Assembly: GCA_038087875.1 (NCBI GenBank)
Contig: CM075977.1
Span: 175,150,001 to 175,214,000, forward strand
Origin: Malacoraja senta
Taxonomy: Eukaryota
Reading direction: 5' to 3'
DNA length: 64,000 bases
Below the pieces are notes generated by a model. It saw nothing but the letters and a program-made list of their open reading frames with translations. It had not been told where the DNA came from and made no database searches. Made by a program: the position numbers and the translations under genes. Positions within the stretch are counted from its first letter, which is position 1; each line of letters starts with the position of its first letter. Positions 48,124 through 59,989 of this stretch are shown piece by piece.

Positions 48124-51100
48124 ATGCCAAGGGGGAGGAAAAGACCTGCAAGACAGTCATGTGATGAGAAAAAGAGACATCGAGAAGGAATGAGGAGTAG
48201 AAAGGAACAAAAGACGCAGCAAGAAAGAGCACAACATCTCTGAGATAATCCGGAGAGAAACCAGGAGAGAAGGGCACAAGAGACACAGCCAGAAACATCT
48301 CAGTGTCTCCGGGATAGTCGGGGGAGACAGTGGGAGAGAAGTGCACAAGAGACACAGCAAGAAACAACTCGTCTCAGAGATAAATGAGAGAGAGAGAGCG
48401 GGAGAGAAAGGCTGAAGAGACGCATCAAGAAACAACTCAACGTCTCAGAGATAAACGAGAGAGGGAGGAGGAGAGAAGGGCTCAAGAGACGCAGCCAGAA
48501 AGAACTCAACGTCTCAGAGATAAACGAGAGAGGGAGCAGGCGAGAAGGGCTCAAGAGATGCAGCCAGAAAGAACTCAACGTCTCAGAGATAAACGAGCGA
48601 AGGAGCAGCACAGAAGAGCTCAAGAGATGCAGCCAGAAAGAACTCAACGTCTCAGAGATAAACGAGCGAAGGAGCAGTGGAGAAGGGCTCAAGAGATGCA
48701 GCCAGAAAGAACTCAACGTCTCAGAGATAAACGAGCGAAGGAGCAGCAGAGAAGGGCTCAAGAGATGCAGCCAGAAAGAACGTCTCAGAGATAAACGAGC
48801 GAAGGAGCAGCAGAGAAGGGCTCAAGAGATGCAGCCAGAAAGAACTCAACGTCTCAGAAATAAACGAGAGGGAGCAGGAGAGAAGGGCTCAAGAGACGCA
48901 GCCAGAAAGAACTCAACGTCTCAGAAATAAACGAGAGAGAAGGACTCAAGAGACGCAGCAAGAAACAACTCAACATCTTGAGGAACATTAAGAAAGAATA
49001 CAAATGAGAAGGGATGAAGAGATGGGAGATGAAAGAACTAGAAGGCTGGATGAACAGCGAGACAGAGATACAAGAAATGCACGACTTACAAGGAGAAATC
49101 TTTCTGCTAATGTTGGTGAAATGACCAATGTTTGCCTTCATTGTCGAGCGTACCGCTTCACAGGAGAAACAACCAACGTTTGCTACATGAAGGGTGAGGT
49201 CAACATTGCTCCTCTGAAGACACTCCCGAATGCACTCATTAATTTGTATACAGGTGACACACCACAAGCACATGAGTTCAGAAAGAATATTAGACAATAC
49301 AATTGCCTCTTTCAACTCACGTCATTCGGTGCCAAGGAAGTGGTGGCACATGGATGGAATCCTTCAGTGATCATTCAAGGCCAGATTCATCATTTCATTG
49401 GTTCGTTGATGCCTGACCAAGATCAACAAAGTAAATTCTTACAAATCTATTTCATGCACCCGCAAGATAGCATTGAGTTGCGAATGAATATACTTCAAGA
49501 TGCTGGTATTCAAACGGACATTGTTGAAATGCTTGAAAACATGATAAGACTAAACAACCCTTACATTCATTCACTTGTGATGGCAATGGAGAGAATTAGA
49601 GATCCTATTGATCCCAATTATCGGCCACCTTTACAACATGAACGGAGGTTTAACACGCAAACTGCCAATTAAGTTGTCGTCCTCATACCAAACAGTAATC
49701 AGCCTGCGGCAACATCACACCACATTGTCTTGAGAAGAAGAGGAAGAGGAGGAGCAGAAGGAGGTCTGCAAATCATTTCAGTCCCATAGGTCTTATGACA
49801 GTTTTCAATACATCCTTTTCTTTCCACTTGGTGATGACGGATGGCATTCACAACTCCAAATGAGTAACGGCAGGAAATTGACACTAAAGCGATATTATGC
49901 ACATAGGATCATGAATCGTGACAATGAATTCAACCAGCTTTTGAGAGGAGGACGACTCTTCCAACAATATCTTGTTGATATGGCGGCTAAAATTGAAAGT
50001 GATAGACTCAATTATATTCGCATGAATCAGGTATCGTTGATGTCAACGACGTACAAAGGACTGATGGATGCATTACATGATAATGACTTGGAAAACATCG
50101 GAAGGCGCATCATCCTCTCTTCAACATTTGTCGGTGGTCCCAGATATATGATGGAACGATACCAGGACGCCATAATGTATGTTCGGAAGTATGGTATTGC
50201 TGCATTCTTCATTACGATGACCTGCAAATTGGAGCGAGATCCGACGGTGCCTCTTTCCGAATTAGCAGTCGTGTGATAGACCGGAATTAGTAGCAAGAGT
50301 ATTCGAGCTGAAAAGAAAAATATTCATCAAGACCGTCACTGGACCAGATGGCTTCTTTGGAAAACTGAATAGCTTTCATCTTGACTGTGGAATATCAGAA
50401 GAGAGGCCTGCCTCATTTACACTGTCTGCTTTGGCATGATGAAGCGAGTAAGCCAAGACCTCAACATTAAGAAAGATTTGTGCAAGCTGAAATTCCAGAC
50501 ACGCAAGCAGATCCTGAGCTGCATAAATTGGTACTCAAGCACATGATCCATGGACCGTTCTGCAAGAACACCTCTCCATGTTGGAAGGAAGGAAGATGCA
50601 CCAAGAGATTCCCAAAGCCAATTGTCGAAAGCACAATGTGTGGAGATGATTCGTATCCTCTGTACAGGAGAAGATCTCCAGCCATGGGAGGATTTCAGGG
50701 ACATCAAGGACGTCCGTTTCAGACTATTACTTCCAATAGGGTTGTGCCCTATAATGCTGAACTATTGAAGGCTTTCAAATGTCACCTCAACGTCAAATTA
50801 TGCTGCTCTGTACAATCAATCAAATACGTCATCAAGTATACCTTGAAGGGATGTGATCAGGCAGCTTTTGGAATTAACGTAAATGATGAGATTAAACAGT
50901 ACCTGACTGGCAGATACATTGGTCCTTCAGAGGGAGGGGCATCAGTCCTTGGATTTCCAACTCATGAGAGGCACCCCCCTGTCTTTTGACTTGATGTACA
51001 TCTACCCAGACCAACAAGTCTTTTTTGATGCTGCTCAGCAAGGGCTGAATGATGGAATTGCGAGTCAACTTTGACTGAATTTTTGCGATTGAGTTCTGAA

Positions 51101-53161
51101 GATCCGTTTGCAAGAACACTATTGTATGTTGATGTACCTCGATTTTATACATGGAGCAGCAGGAGATGGCAAAGAAGGAAGGTTGGGAAGAGAGTGGATG
51201 ACTTCCCAGGTATTTTTGAAGTCAACGTTCTTGGCCGAATATATGTAATTTCTCCAAAATCCAGTGACCTCTACTACATGAGACTGCTTCTCCATCACGT
51301 GAAAGGGCCAGTGTCTTTCGAGTCTTTGAAGAAACATAATGGAGTAATTCTTCCTTCCTTCAAAGACGTCTGCAGAGAAAATGGTTTGTTGGAAGCTGAC
51401 GACCATTGGCAACAAACAATGGAAGAAGCTGAGACGACAAGGCTCCCCAGCGCAATGAGGGATTTGTTTGTTGTTCTGCTGACAAATACTGACATCAACG
51501 ATCCTCTACAATTATGGGATCGCTTCAAGAATTCCATGTCTAAGGATTACCTTGAAAGCGAGCGAAGATGAAAAAGTGATAGAAATATCACAATTGATGA
51601 GAGACATCATGATCAGGCTGTTTTATATTCAGGACCAGCTTGAGAATTGCAACACTGCATTGAAAAAATGTCCTTGCCTCGACCAAGAAATGAAAGGATG
51701 GACATTGATGGTGAAAATGTTGATTTACTTAATGAATTGAATTACAATAGATCAGAACAGCAATTTGTTGATGAGGAGCCTCTGCTGAATGTGGAGCAGA
51801 GAGAAGTTTATGACCACGTGTGTGACTGCTTGCAAAGGGATCTATCTTCAATGATTTTCATTGACTCACCAGGAGGAACAGGAAAGACATTTCTCATAAA
51901 TTTGATCCTCTCCACAGATAGAGCTCAAAGTCAAATTGCCATTGCTGTAGCATTGTCTGGTATCGCAGCTACATTAATGCCTGGTGGAAGAACTGCACAT
52001 TCTCGCTTCAAGATACCTATCCATGTGACGGAGGATTCAACATGCAACATCAACAGCGACTTTAAAACGGGAGATTTCTTCAGGAGAGTGAAGCTGATTG
52101 TTTGGGATGAGTGCCCAATAATTAGGAGGGAGTGCTTTGAAGCGGTGGACAGAACTCTTCAAGATGTATGGTGCAAAAAGGATCATTTTGGCGGGATTCT
52201 TACCATTTGTTGTGGCAATTTTCGACAACTCCTTCCTGTAGTGAAGATGGGAAGTGATATTGATGTTCAAAACTCCTGCATCAAGACATCGTACTTGTGG
52301 CGAACTTTCACAAAGTTTGAATTGAAGAGGAATATGCGATTGACCGAAGGAGAGGGTGAGTATTGATCGAAGGAGAGGGTGATGTAGGAGAGGACAAGAT
52401 TGAAAAGAATGAAGACAATGAAATTAACATTCCAGAAGACATGGTTCTCTCAGCAAGAACACTGAATGACTGCATTGATTATATCTATCCAGCATTTGAC
52501 CACCCTACAACATTATTCTCTAAGAATTGTATCTTGGTTCCTCACAATGATACGATGAGAAGAATCAATTCTACGTGTGTCAGACGCTTCCCTGGAACCA
52601 TGAGGGAGTACTATTCTTTCAATACTGTCACTGACGGAACGAATTCTACTCACTTCCCAACGTAATTCCTCGATTCAGTCGAGATCTGTGGATTACCACC
52701 ACACAAATTGGAGTTGAAGAAAGGATCTTCAATCGTTTGAATCAGAAACTTGCAGCCCCAAAGCTATGCAATGGAACGAGGTTGATTGTAGAACAGCTAC
52801 ACAATAATCTCATCGTTGCTAGAATCAACATGGGGGCCTACAAAGAAGAGATTGTTCCCATTCCTAGGATGAAGATCAATTTGTCAGAACATGAAAACAT
52901 TCCCATTAGGCAATTAGCCAATTCCCTTTGGCCAATTGGCCATTAGCCAATTCCCTATTCAGTCAAGTTTTTGCGATGACAATTCATAAGGCACAAGGAC
53001 AAACCATGGAGAAGGTCTTGATATACCTTGAGAAACCAGTATTTCAACATGGCCAACTATATGTGGCTCTTAGCAGAGGAAAGGTAAAGGAACAAGTAAA
53101 AGTGTTCCTGAAGGATGGGACATCAACCAGGAATGTTGTCATTAGACAAATGCTTTGTTGA
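48124..53161 (+). pseudogene. Helitron RepHel transposase (HUH Rep + Pif1 helicase), disrupted
   Basis: FFITMTC, VEYQKRGLPHLHCLLW (from 50387), IKYVIKYTLKG; DSPGGTGKT, WDECP, FRQLLP, LCNGTR, FAMTIHKAQGQT, HGQLYVALSR; several stops and frameshifts; start position approximate. Confidence 0.93.
48340..48980 (+). repeat. 69-bp coding tandem repeat (23 aa, RRAQEMQPERTQRLRDKRAKEQx) in the RepHel N-terminus
   Basis: About 8-9 copies seen directly; central copies near-identical. Confidence 0.92.
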
Positions 53162-55331
53162 GAAATGACTCCTGTAGTAAGTGCTCAAATTTTCCTAAAG
53201 TCAACGAAAGAACGCAAAACTGAAGGCAACAAGGGATGCAAGAAGGAAACGAATGTCCAGAATTTCAACACTTTTGATGATTGCTCCTCAGTTCAACAAG
53301 GGATGTTTAACACAGGAATCACATTTCTGCACACAAAAGTTTAAAATGCTGCCGCAGAAAAAGCTTCAAGTACACATTAAGTGACATGTAAAATCTTGCC
53401 AGTTGCATTTGCTTTTTGGATAGAAAGTTGCTGGAGCTGTTCTCATGCTTAATGATAAATGATAAAGCTTGCAGGCTTGCACATGTAGGGCATATGTATC
53501 AGGTCCAGTTCAATTATTGAGTAAATGATGATTGCCAAGATATTGATGTTTGAGGATTTGGTGCTGGTAATGGCATTGAGTATCAAGGTTATGTGGTTAT
53601 ATTCTGCCTTGTGGGAAATTATCTTTACTTTTTCTGTTGTTTGACATGAGTGTTACTTTCCACTTTGGTCTATTGTCGAGTTATTTTGTTTGTAAGCATT
53701 AACTGCATTTTCTCAGGAGTTCCAGTGGAATTGAAAATTCTGTAACCATCAGTGAATATCAACTTCGGATCTTAAGATGGATGAAAGGACAGTATTTGAA
53801 ATTATATGGGACCAGTGCATTGTTTTTTTTTATCCTTGATACAAATTTACTTCCGTTTTATCAGAATGCCCTAATACCATGCAAATGCTGCCTTTTTGTC
53901 TACAGCTGTCACTGTCGCCTCATTTCTAGATCCCAGATATTTAGACTGAACGTCTTTGGGATCTGCGAGAAATAAACCAAGGACAGTAGGGAACAAGCAA
54001 CACAACAAGAAATTGATAGAAAACACCTAAATAGGTATATGATAGCAAATCTCTTTTTTATTCGTATGTTGATGGATTGATAGATAACATTGTCAATTAG
54101 AAGTTTATAAATATCTACATTGTAATAAATATCTCCTTTTTTTTAAATCATGCCCTGAAGCGGGAGCAAACGATGTTGAGAAGCAGTAAGGAGCAGAAGT
54201 GAACAAGAAACAGAACAAGAAAGGACTGAACCTCTTGAGGATCTCCAAAAGATAATGGAAGTTTGCATGGAACAAGAGACACAACAATAAGTTGCCAAAA
54301 TACAGCCAAAACGGTACACAATAGTGCAATGCCTTTTTTAGTCATATGTTGATTTATTGATAGATAGAATTGTCTTTAGAAGTTTATAAATTTCTACAAT
54401 AGATGAAATGGTCTTTACAAGTTTATAAATACCTACATCGTGATAAATATCTTTCTCTTTTTTTACATCATGCAAAGAAATGGGAGTAATCGAGTTGCTG
54501 GATGGTCAAGGAACAACACAAAGCGACGTCGAGAAGCAATGATGAGCAGAACGGCACAAGAGACGAGAGGAAGTAGCCAAAATACAGCCAGATCTGTACA
54601 CGATAGTACAATGTCTTTAGAAGTTTATAAATATCTATAAAAGATAAAATTGTCCTTTTTATTCATATGTTATTGGCTTCATAGAAGGAATGAAGACGCA
54701 ACAAGAAATAACGTCAGAAATGTCTCCAAAAAAAGGAATTCAAGACAAACGTAATGAACAGCCGTGACAAGAAAAACAATCTCGAGGATCAACGAGAAAG
54801 AACATAAAACAGAGGGGAGGAAGAGACCCAACAAGAAATAACTAAATATGTCGAGGATCAACGAGAAAGAACACAAAACAGGGAGCAAGAGACACAACGA
54901 AAATGAACTTAGCTGAATAAATTTCATCTTTAACATTTAAATTGTTGTATTTTAAGTTATTTACATTTTAAGATTTAATATATCCCTTTTCCACTTGCCG
55001 TGCCTGTCAGCCGCTCTCTCTCTTTTACTTTTATCTCTTTCTCTGCACTCTCTCTCTTCCACTCTGTCTCTGCACCCTCTCTCTGCCCCATCTCTCTATC
55101 TCACCCCCCCCCCAGACGCATCTGCGAGGTGAGGGCTATTCGTCAGTGGATAGGGTGGGGATGGGATAAAAGGTGCAAATGAATAAATGTAAGATAATAT
55201 CAAGGGGTGTGTTTTGTGTAAGTGTGTGTGGGGGGAGAGGTGGTTAGTGTGTGTGTGACGTCGCAGGCTAACCCCCCCCCCCCCCCCCGTGCGATGGGGA
55301 AACAGACCCAACGGGTCTGCACTTGGTCTAG

Positions 55332-56951
55332 TATCTATTAAAAGTAAGAGTGTGTGTGTGTGTGTGTGATTTTGCCTTTGAAACGTATTTCCTCGAAAAC
55401 CAGATGCAAAAAGGCAGAGATTTTTACATATTTCGGTAGTGATTTAACTTATGATTTCAGAAATCCTCTCTAGATTTGGTCAATTATTTCCCCAGATTTT
55501 GAATAAAATTGTTCACAAAACATCAAAAAATATTAAAATCAAACTGCTGCATGTCACCACCTCACAGATGTCCAATCACAATAGATCTAATTTACATATG
55601 ATATGACATCACAATGGGACAGGGGTGGGAGATCGGAACCTTCACGTGGTCCCACTAAAATCAAACTTCTGCATGAGTCACAGTGCCATCTCACATATGT
55701 CTAATCACAATGGGACAGGGGTGGGAGATCTCTCTACCTCCCTCCCTTTCACAATGCCTTTGCACCTGGCCCAACTGGTCCCGCCCGGCCCGGCCGCTCC
55801 CCAGCATGCCTGGTGGCCCCGCCTGGCCCCGCCCGCTGACCTCACAATGCCTTTGCACCTGGCCCAACTGGCCCCGCCCAGCCCGCCTGGTGGCCCCGCC
55901 CGCCCCCACTGACCTCACAATGCCTTTGCACCTGGCCCCATCCAGCCCTGCCCCCCCAGCCTGCCTGATGGCCCCGCCCAGCCCCTCCCCCCAGCCTGTC
56001 TGCTGGCCCCACCCGGCCCGGCCCCGCCCCCCCAGCTGCCAGGTTGTAGATTCCATTGGTTTTCATTGAATTGAATTTAATTATTTGTCACTTAACATCA
56101 CTAATTCTTAACATTAACTTTTAATTTCAAATACAGTTTAAATAAAAATGTTGCTGTCTTCATTGACAGCTTAGATCGGACCCGCTATGCATGTGTGTGT
56201 GGAGGGGGAGGGGGAGGGGGAGAGGGGGACGGGGGAGAGGGGCAAGAGGGGGGGGTGGTTAGAGGGGGGGAGTGGGGGTGGTTAGAGGGAGGGGGGGTGG
56301 TTAGAGGGAGGGGGGGTGGTTAGAGGGGGGGTGGTTAGAGGGAGGGGGGGTGGTTAGAGGGGGGGTGGTTAGTGTGTGTGTGTGTGTGTGTGACGCGGCA
56401 GTCTGCTCTCCTGAATTCCACAGAGCTGCCGACAGCTTTCGTGCATGAGACGCGTACGCTTCATTTCCAGAACATTCTGAACGTGTGAGGCACGGTTGCA
56501 TTTCGCTCTCTCTGTCCCTCCCCCTCTCTCTCTCCCCCTTCCTCTTCCCCACCCCCCTGCCCTCCCTCCCCTAAACCCCCTTCCCCTCCACCCCTTCCCT
56601 ACCCCCTTCCCTCCACCCGATCCTCTCCCCACCCTCCCTCCCCACTCCCCCTCCCTTACCCCCCACCGCTCCCCCTCCCTTCCCTTCCCCCCCTCTCTCT
56701 CTCTCTCTCTCTCTCCTCCTCTTTCTCTCCTCCCATCTCTCACCCCTCCTCCCCACCCTCCCCCCCTTACACCCTCACCCACCCTCCCTCTCCTCCTCCC
56801 ATCCACCCCCTCTCCCTCTGTCTCTTGCTCTTCTGTCTCTGCCCCTTTCTCTCTGTCTCTCCCCATTCTCTCTCTGCCCTCACTCTCTACCCCCCCCCCC
56901 TCTCTGGACGCGCCTGCATCAGTGGATAGGGCAGTTACGGGGTAAAAGGAG
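55332..56951 (+). mobile_element. Second, non-autonomous Helitron copy abutting the first, lacking a 3' terminus
   Basis: 55350-55412 matches 47350-47440; 56058-56176 matches 47548-47666; 56880-56951 matches 55090-55176. Confidence 0.8.
56200..56900. repeat. G-rich (GGTGGTTAGAGGG..)n tract and C/T-rich low-complexity tract
   Basis: Seen directly. Confidence 0.9.
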
Positions 56952-57052
56952 CTTCAGCATCCAAAGCAGCTTCATGTTAAACGGTACAATATCAGAGTAC
57001 TAAAGAGTACAAAATGTTACCTTGAACAAAATTTGCAATTGATTGACATGTA

Positions 57053-58288
57053 CCGTATTCCTGGCAATGAAGACTCTATTCTTACCTAGAAATAAGGCAC
57101 AAAAAATTTACCTGCGTCTTGGAGGCCGAAGGTTAGGTTGTTAGCCAAGAAAGATAGACTTGGCTATCCCTCAGTACAGCAACATCAAGAACGATGTTGC
57201 TGCACTGAGGGATATCAAAGTCTATCCCTCATTGCTGGCAGCTGATGAGAAGCGGCTGTAAAGTGGGAAGTGGCTGTAAAAAGGCAGCGCTGCTGGGGGT
57301 GGGGGGGGAGAATTCCTTTCACAGCATGTGGGGTGTCTGGCCCGGGTCAGCTCGGGCAGGAGCGTTGAGAAGGAGGGGGTCGGTGATCATGCCAGCAACT
57401 CACTCACTCACAGCTGCCGCGGCGCTCCAGGTGCGGAGCCACCGCATTGTGGCCGGGTAGGGAAGTAGGTCGGGTGGCTGCAAGCGGCCACTGGGACTGG
57501 ACAGCGGAACCGGATGCCACCTCAGCGCCTTCTGCCGGCCCGCTCACCTCTGGCAGTGCTCTTCGTCTGAACACCTCTCTCCTGCCGCTCGCCGGCCTCG
57601 CTCATGTCAGCCGCTTCCCACAAATCCTTAAATTCCGAAGGCCGCGGGAGCAGGACATGGCCTCACTTGCTGTGCTGGGTGACACTGCATGGCATTCACT
57701 GCCCGGTCCGTGTCTTTCAATGTAAATTTGCATGGGGGCATGCTTTGGAGATTTGTGGCGGTTGTCGGTCAAGTGAGAATAACAGAGAGAATAAGAATGC
57801 TGCTGCCTTGTCAATAGACGCGCACAAAAGCAGTTGTTATTAGTTTTGAAATTCTCGTTATCCCTATTTTTGACCTGGCTCGGAGACCGGACAGTGAGGG
57901 GACCAGCTCAAGAGCAAAGATCATAGAGTGGAGCGGGTCAGTGGGCAATGGATAACAGGACAGCGGGCGGTGGAGCTTACTCTTGTGTCAGCGCGAGTAA
58001 CCATGATTGATCCCTTGAACTAGTATTGTCATTCAATAAGATCACAACTGATTCAACTTGTCCCGATGTGCTCCCGTTTTTCCCACCATCTCTCTACCTG
58101 CCGTCACCCTCCACCCCCCACCCATTCAGTCATTCAGAATGGAGGATATCTGGAAGCTTTGGGCAAATTGAATTGTTACTTTCATTATTTTTAATTTCTA
58201 TGTCCTGACATCCTTTTTTCAAAATTTAGCAACTCAAAATGGGGGTGCGTCTTCGACGCAGGTGAGTCTTCATTGTCGGGAAATACGG
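57053..58288. mobile_element. Non-autonomous Tc1/mariner-superfamily (pogo/Tc2-like) element
   Basis: TA|CCGTATTCCTGGCAATGAAGACTC ... GAGTCTTCATTGTCGGGAAATACGG|TA. Confidence 0.85.
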
Positions 58289-58758
58289 TATCTTAAATCT
58301 GGTTGAAATGTTCACTTTGGTTGGATGGGATTTAGTACCTGATACCGAATTACAGAAGTCTTATTTCCTGAAATACTCCATTAGGTTTGAGTACCCAATT
58401 TATATTCCAATCCATCTTGTAAGAACACATGAATAAAAAATTAAACTACATGAATATTATGGGATGTTTTTTCCCAAACTGCAATGTTTAAAAAAAAAAG
58501 CATACATCAACAAATAACAAATATGAGGCCCATGGGAACTTTTCAGTGGGACCCATGAAACTATGGGATGGATCATGAATTTTTCATGATCCTCACAAAT
58601 CACCTGCAAAAATACTTGTAACGAATGGCCCATGTCAAATGCAAAATATCAGATTTGTTTCCACTGCGAAAACAGGGTTTGTTACCCATGCACTGAAGAA
58701 ATGCCACAATTTACGTTTCATTGACTCACATATCAAAACCTTTCAAGTACAAACTTAC

Positions 58759-58968
58759 CGGCAAAGGCTTGGCTACTCCGATTCGAACGCTGCCTCCTGA
58801 TGCACCTTTCAGCGCCTGAACAGCTTCCTCAAGAGTAGCATTCTCCAGGTTAATGTGGTTAACAAACATGAGTCGGTCTCCTGGAAGAAGTCTACCATCT
58901 TGTTCAGCCACACCACTCGGTACTAATGACCGTATCACAATGACTGTCCGAAGTGGGTCAACTGGATC
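58759..58968 (-). CDS. MPDZ: MPDZ coding exon (PDZ5), 210 nt, phase 0-0
   Basis: cacag|GAT ... CCG|gtaagt; [37 protein letters not shown]...GVAKPLP. Confidence 0.96.
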
Positions 58969-59163
58969 CTGTGATTTTAGGTGCAAAAATTTGATCGTTG
59001 AAGCCAAAAATCTCCTTTTGTTTGAAATCGCACCTTTGGTACACGCGTTCAAGTACATCTTTATATAAATTGCATTTGAAAAATATATACAGAATTTAAT
59101 AATAAACAGCTTAAAACCTGGAAGGGTGTGTCATACAACTGTGAACAGATTATTATTACCTAC

Positions 59164-59349
59164 CTGATAATCCAGAATGCTGAAACCAAGCCCAGAACTA
59201 CCTTTCTCCAATTCGATGTTTTGGATTTCAGCTTCCCACATAGCTAGTTGAGATCCTTGTGCATCCACACAACTCTGCTCTCTGTCCACGTCAACCACAG
59301 CACCGTTTTCTGCCTCAGAGGTTGATGTGAATTCATTATCAGTGTGCAT
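59164..59349 (-). CDS. MPDZ: MPDZ coding exon (PDZ4-5 linker and start of PDZ5), 186 nt, phase 0-0
   Basis: tttttacag|ATG ... CAG|gtaggt; encodes ...LAMWEAEIQNIELEKGSSGLGFSILDYQ, matching recalled human LAMWEAGIQHIELEKGSKGLGFSILDYQ. Confidence 0.95.
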
Positions 59350-59421
59350 CTGTAAAAACATTTGAAAAAAAAACCCACAATTTCAAAATGTATTTACATG
59401 CCACACAATAAGTTTATCAAA

Positions 59422-59760
59422 GGGTGGCACATTGATGCAGCTAGTAGAGCCACTGCCTCAGAGTACCGGAGACCTCAGTTCAATTCCGACCTCCGGTGCT
59501 GGCTATGTGGAGAGTGACTGTGTGGGTTATGTTTGGTGGCTCTGGTTTCGCCCCACATTCAAAAATGTGCAAGTTGGTAGATTAATTGGCTACCCTAAAT
59601 TGCCGGCAGTATGTAGGCGAGTGATTGAATCGAGGGAGAGCTGATGATAATTCGACAGAATAAAAAGTGGGACTAATGTAAGATTAGTGTGAATGGGTAA
59701 CCAGACATAACCAAAGGTTGACATGGACTGGTATGCCTGTTTCCGTGCCTTTTTTCTCTA
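59422..59760 (+). mobile_element. tRNA-derived SINE (HE1/V-SINE-like), diverged
   Basis: gggtggcac...gcagctagtagagc head, B box agttcaattcc, family central domain. Confidence 0.75.
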
Positions 59761-59989
59761 TAACAAATAAAATAAGGCTTTTGGAATAAAAGGGCCGAAG
59801 GCAATATGGATATGAAATTGTCTTAAGGACAGGAAATCAAAAGTCATGGTAACTGTTGTAGCTTTAACTGGTGGAAAGTATGCATTCGTGTCTCATAAGG
59901 GTCATTGGTAGCATCTCATTTTCTACATTTTTGCTCATGTGATATAGCTGGTGTCCTCGTGCCTTCGTAACAACCTGGGGCTCAATACT

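Larger units (their letters stand above)
47333..55331 (+). mobile_element. Full-length (about 8 kb) Helitron
   Basis: A|TC 5' end; hairpin CAGACCC-aac-GGGTCTG (55303-55319) then CTAG|T; no TSD; internal RepHel gene. Confidence 0.92.

Noticed and set aside
48122-49315. Hydrophobic minus-strand ORFs resembling membrane proteins
   Set aside because: Reverse complement of the purine-rich 69-bp RepHel repeat
55625-56945. Gly/Pro/Arg-rich ORFs
   Set aside because: Stop-poor low-complexity DNA within the non-autonomous Helitron
1647-59349. PATJ (INADL) as the identity of the gene
   Set aside because: [45 protein letters not shown] and RRHSLIGPDI match recalled MPDZ rather than its paralogue; reciprocal BLAST would confirm
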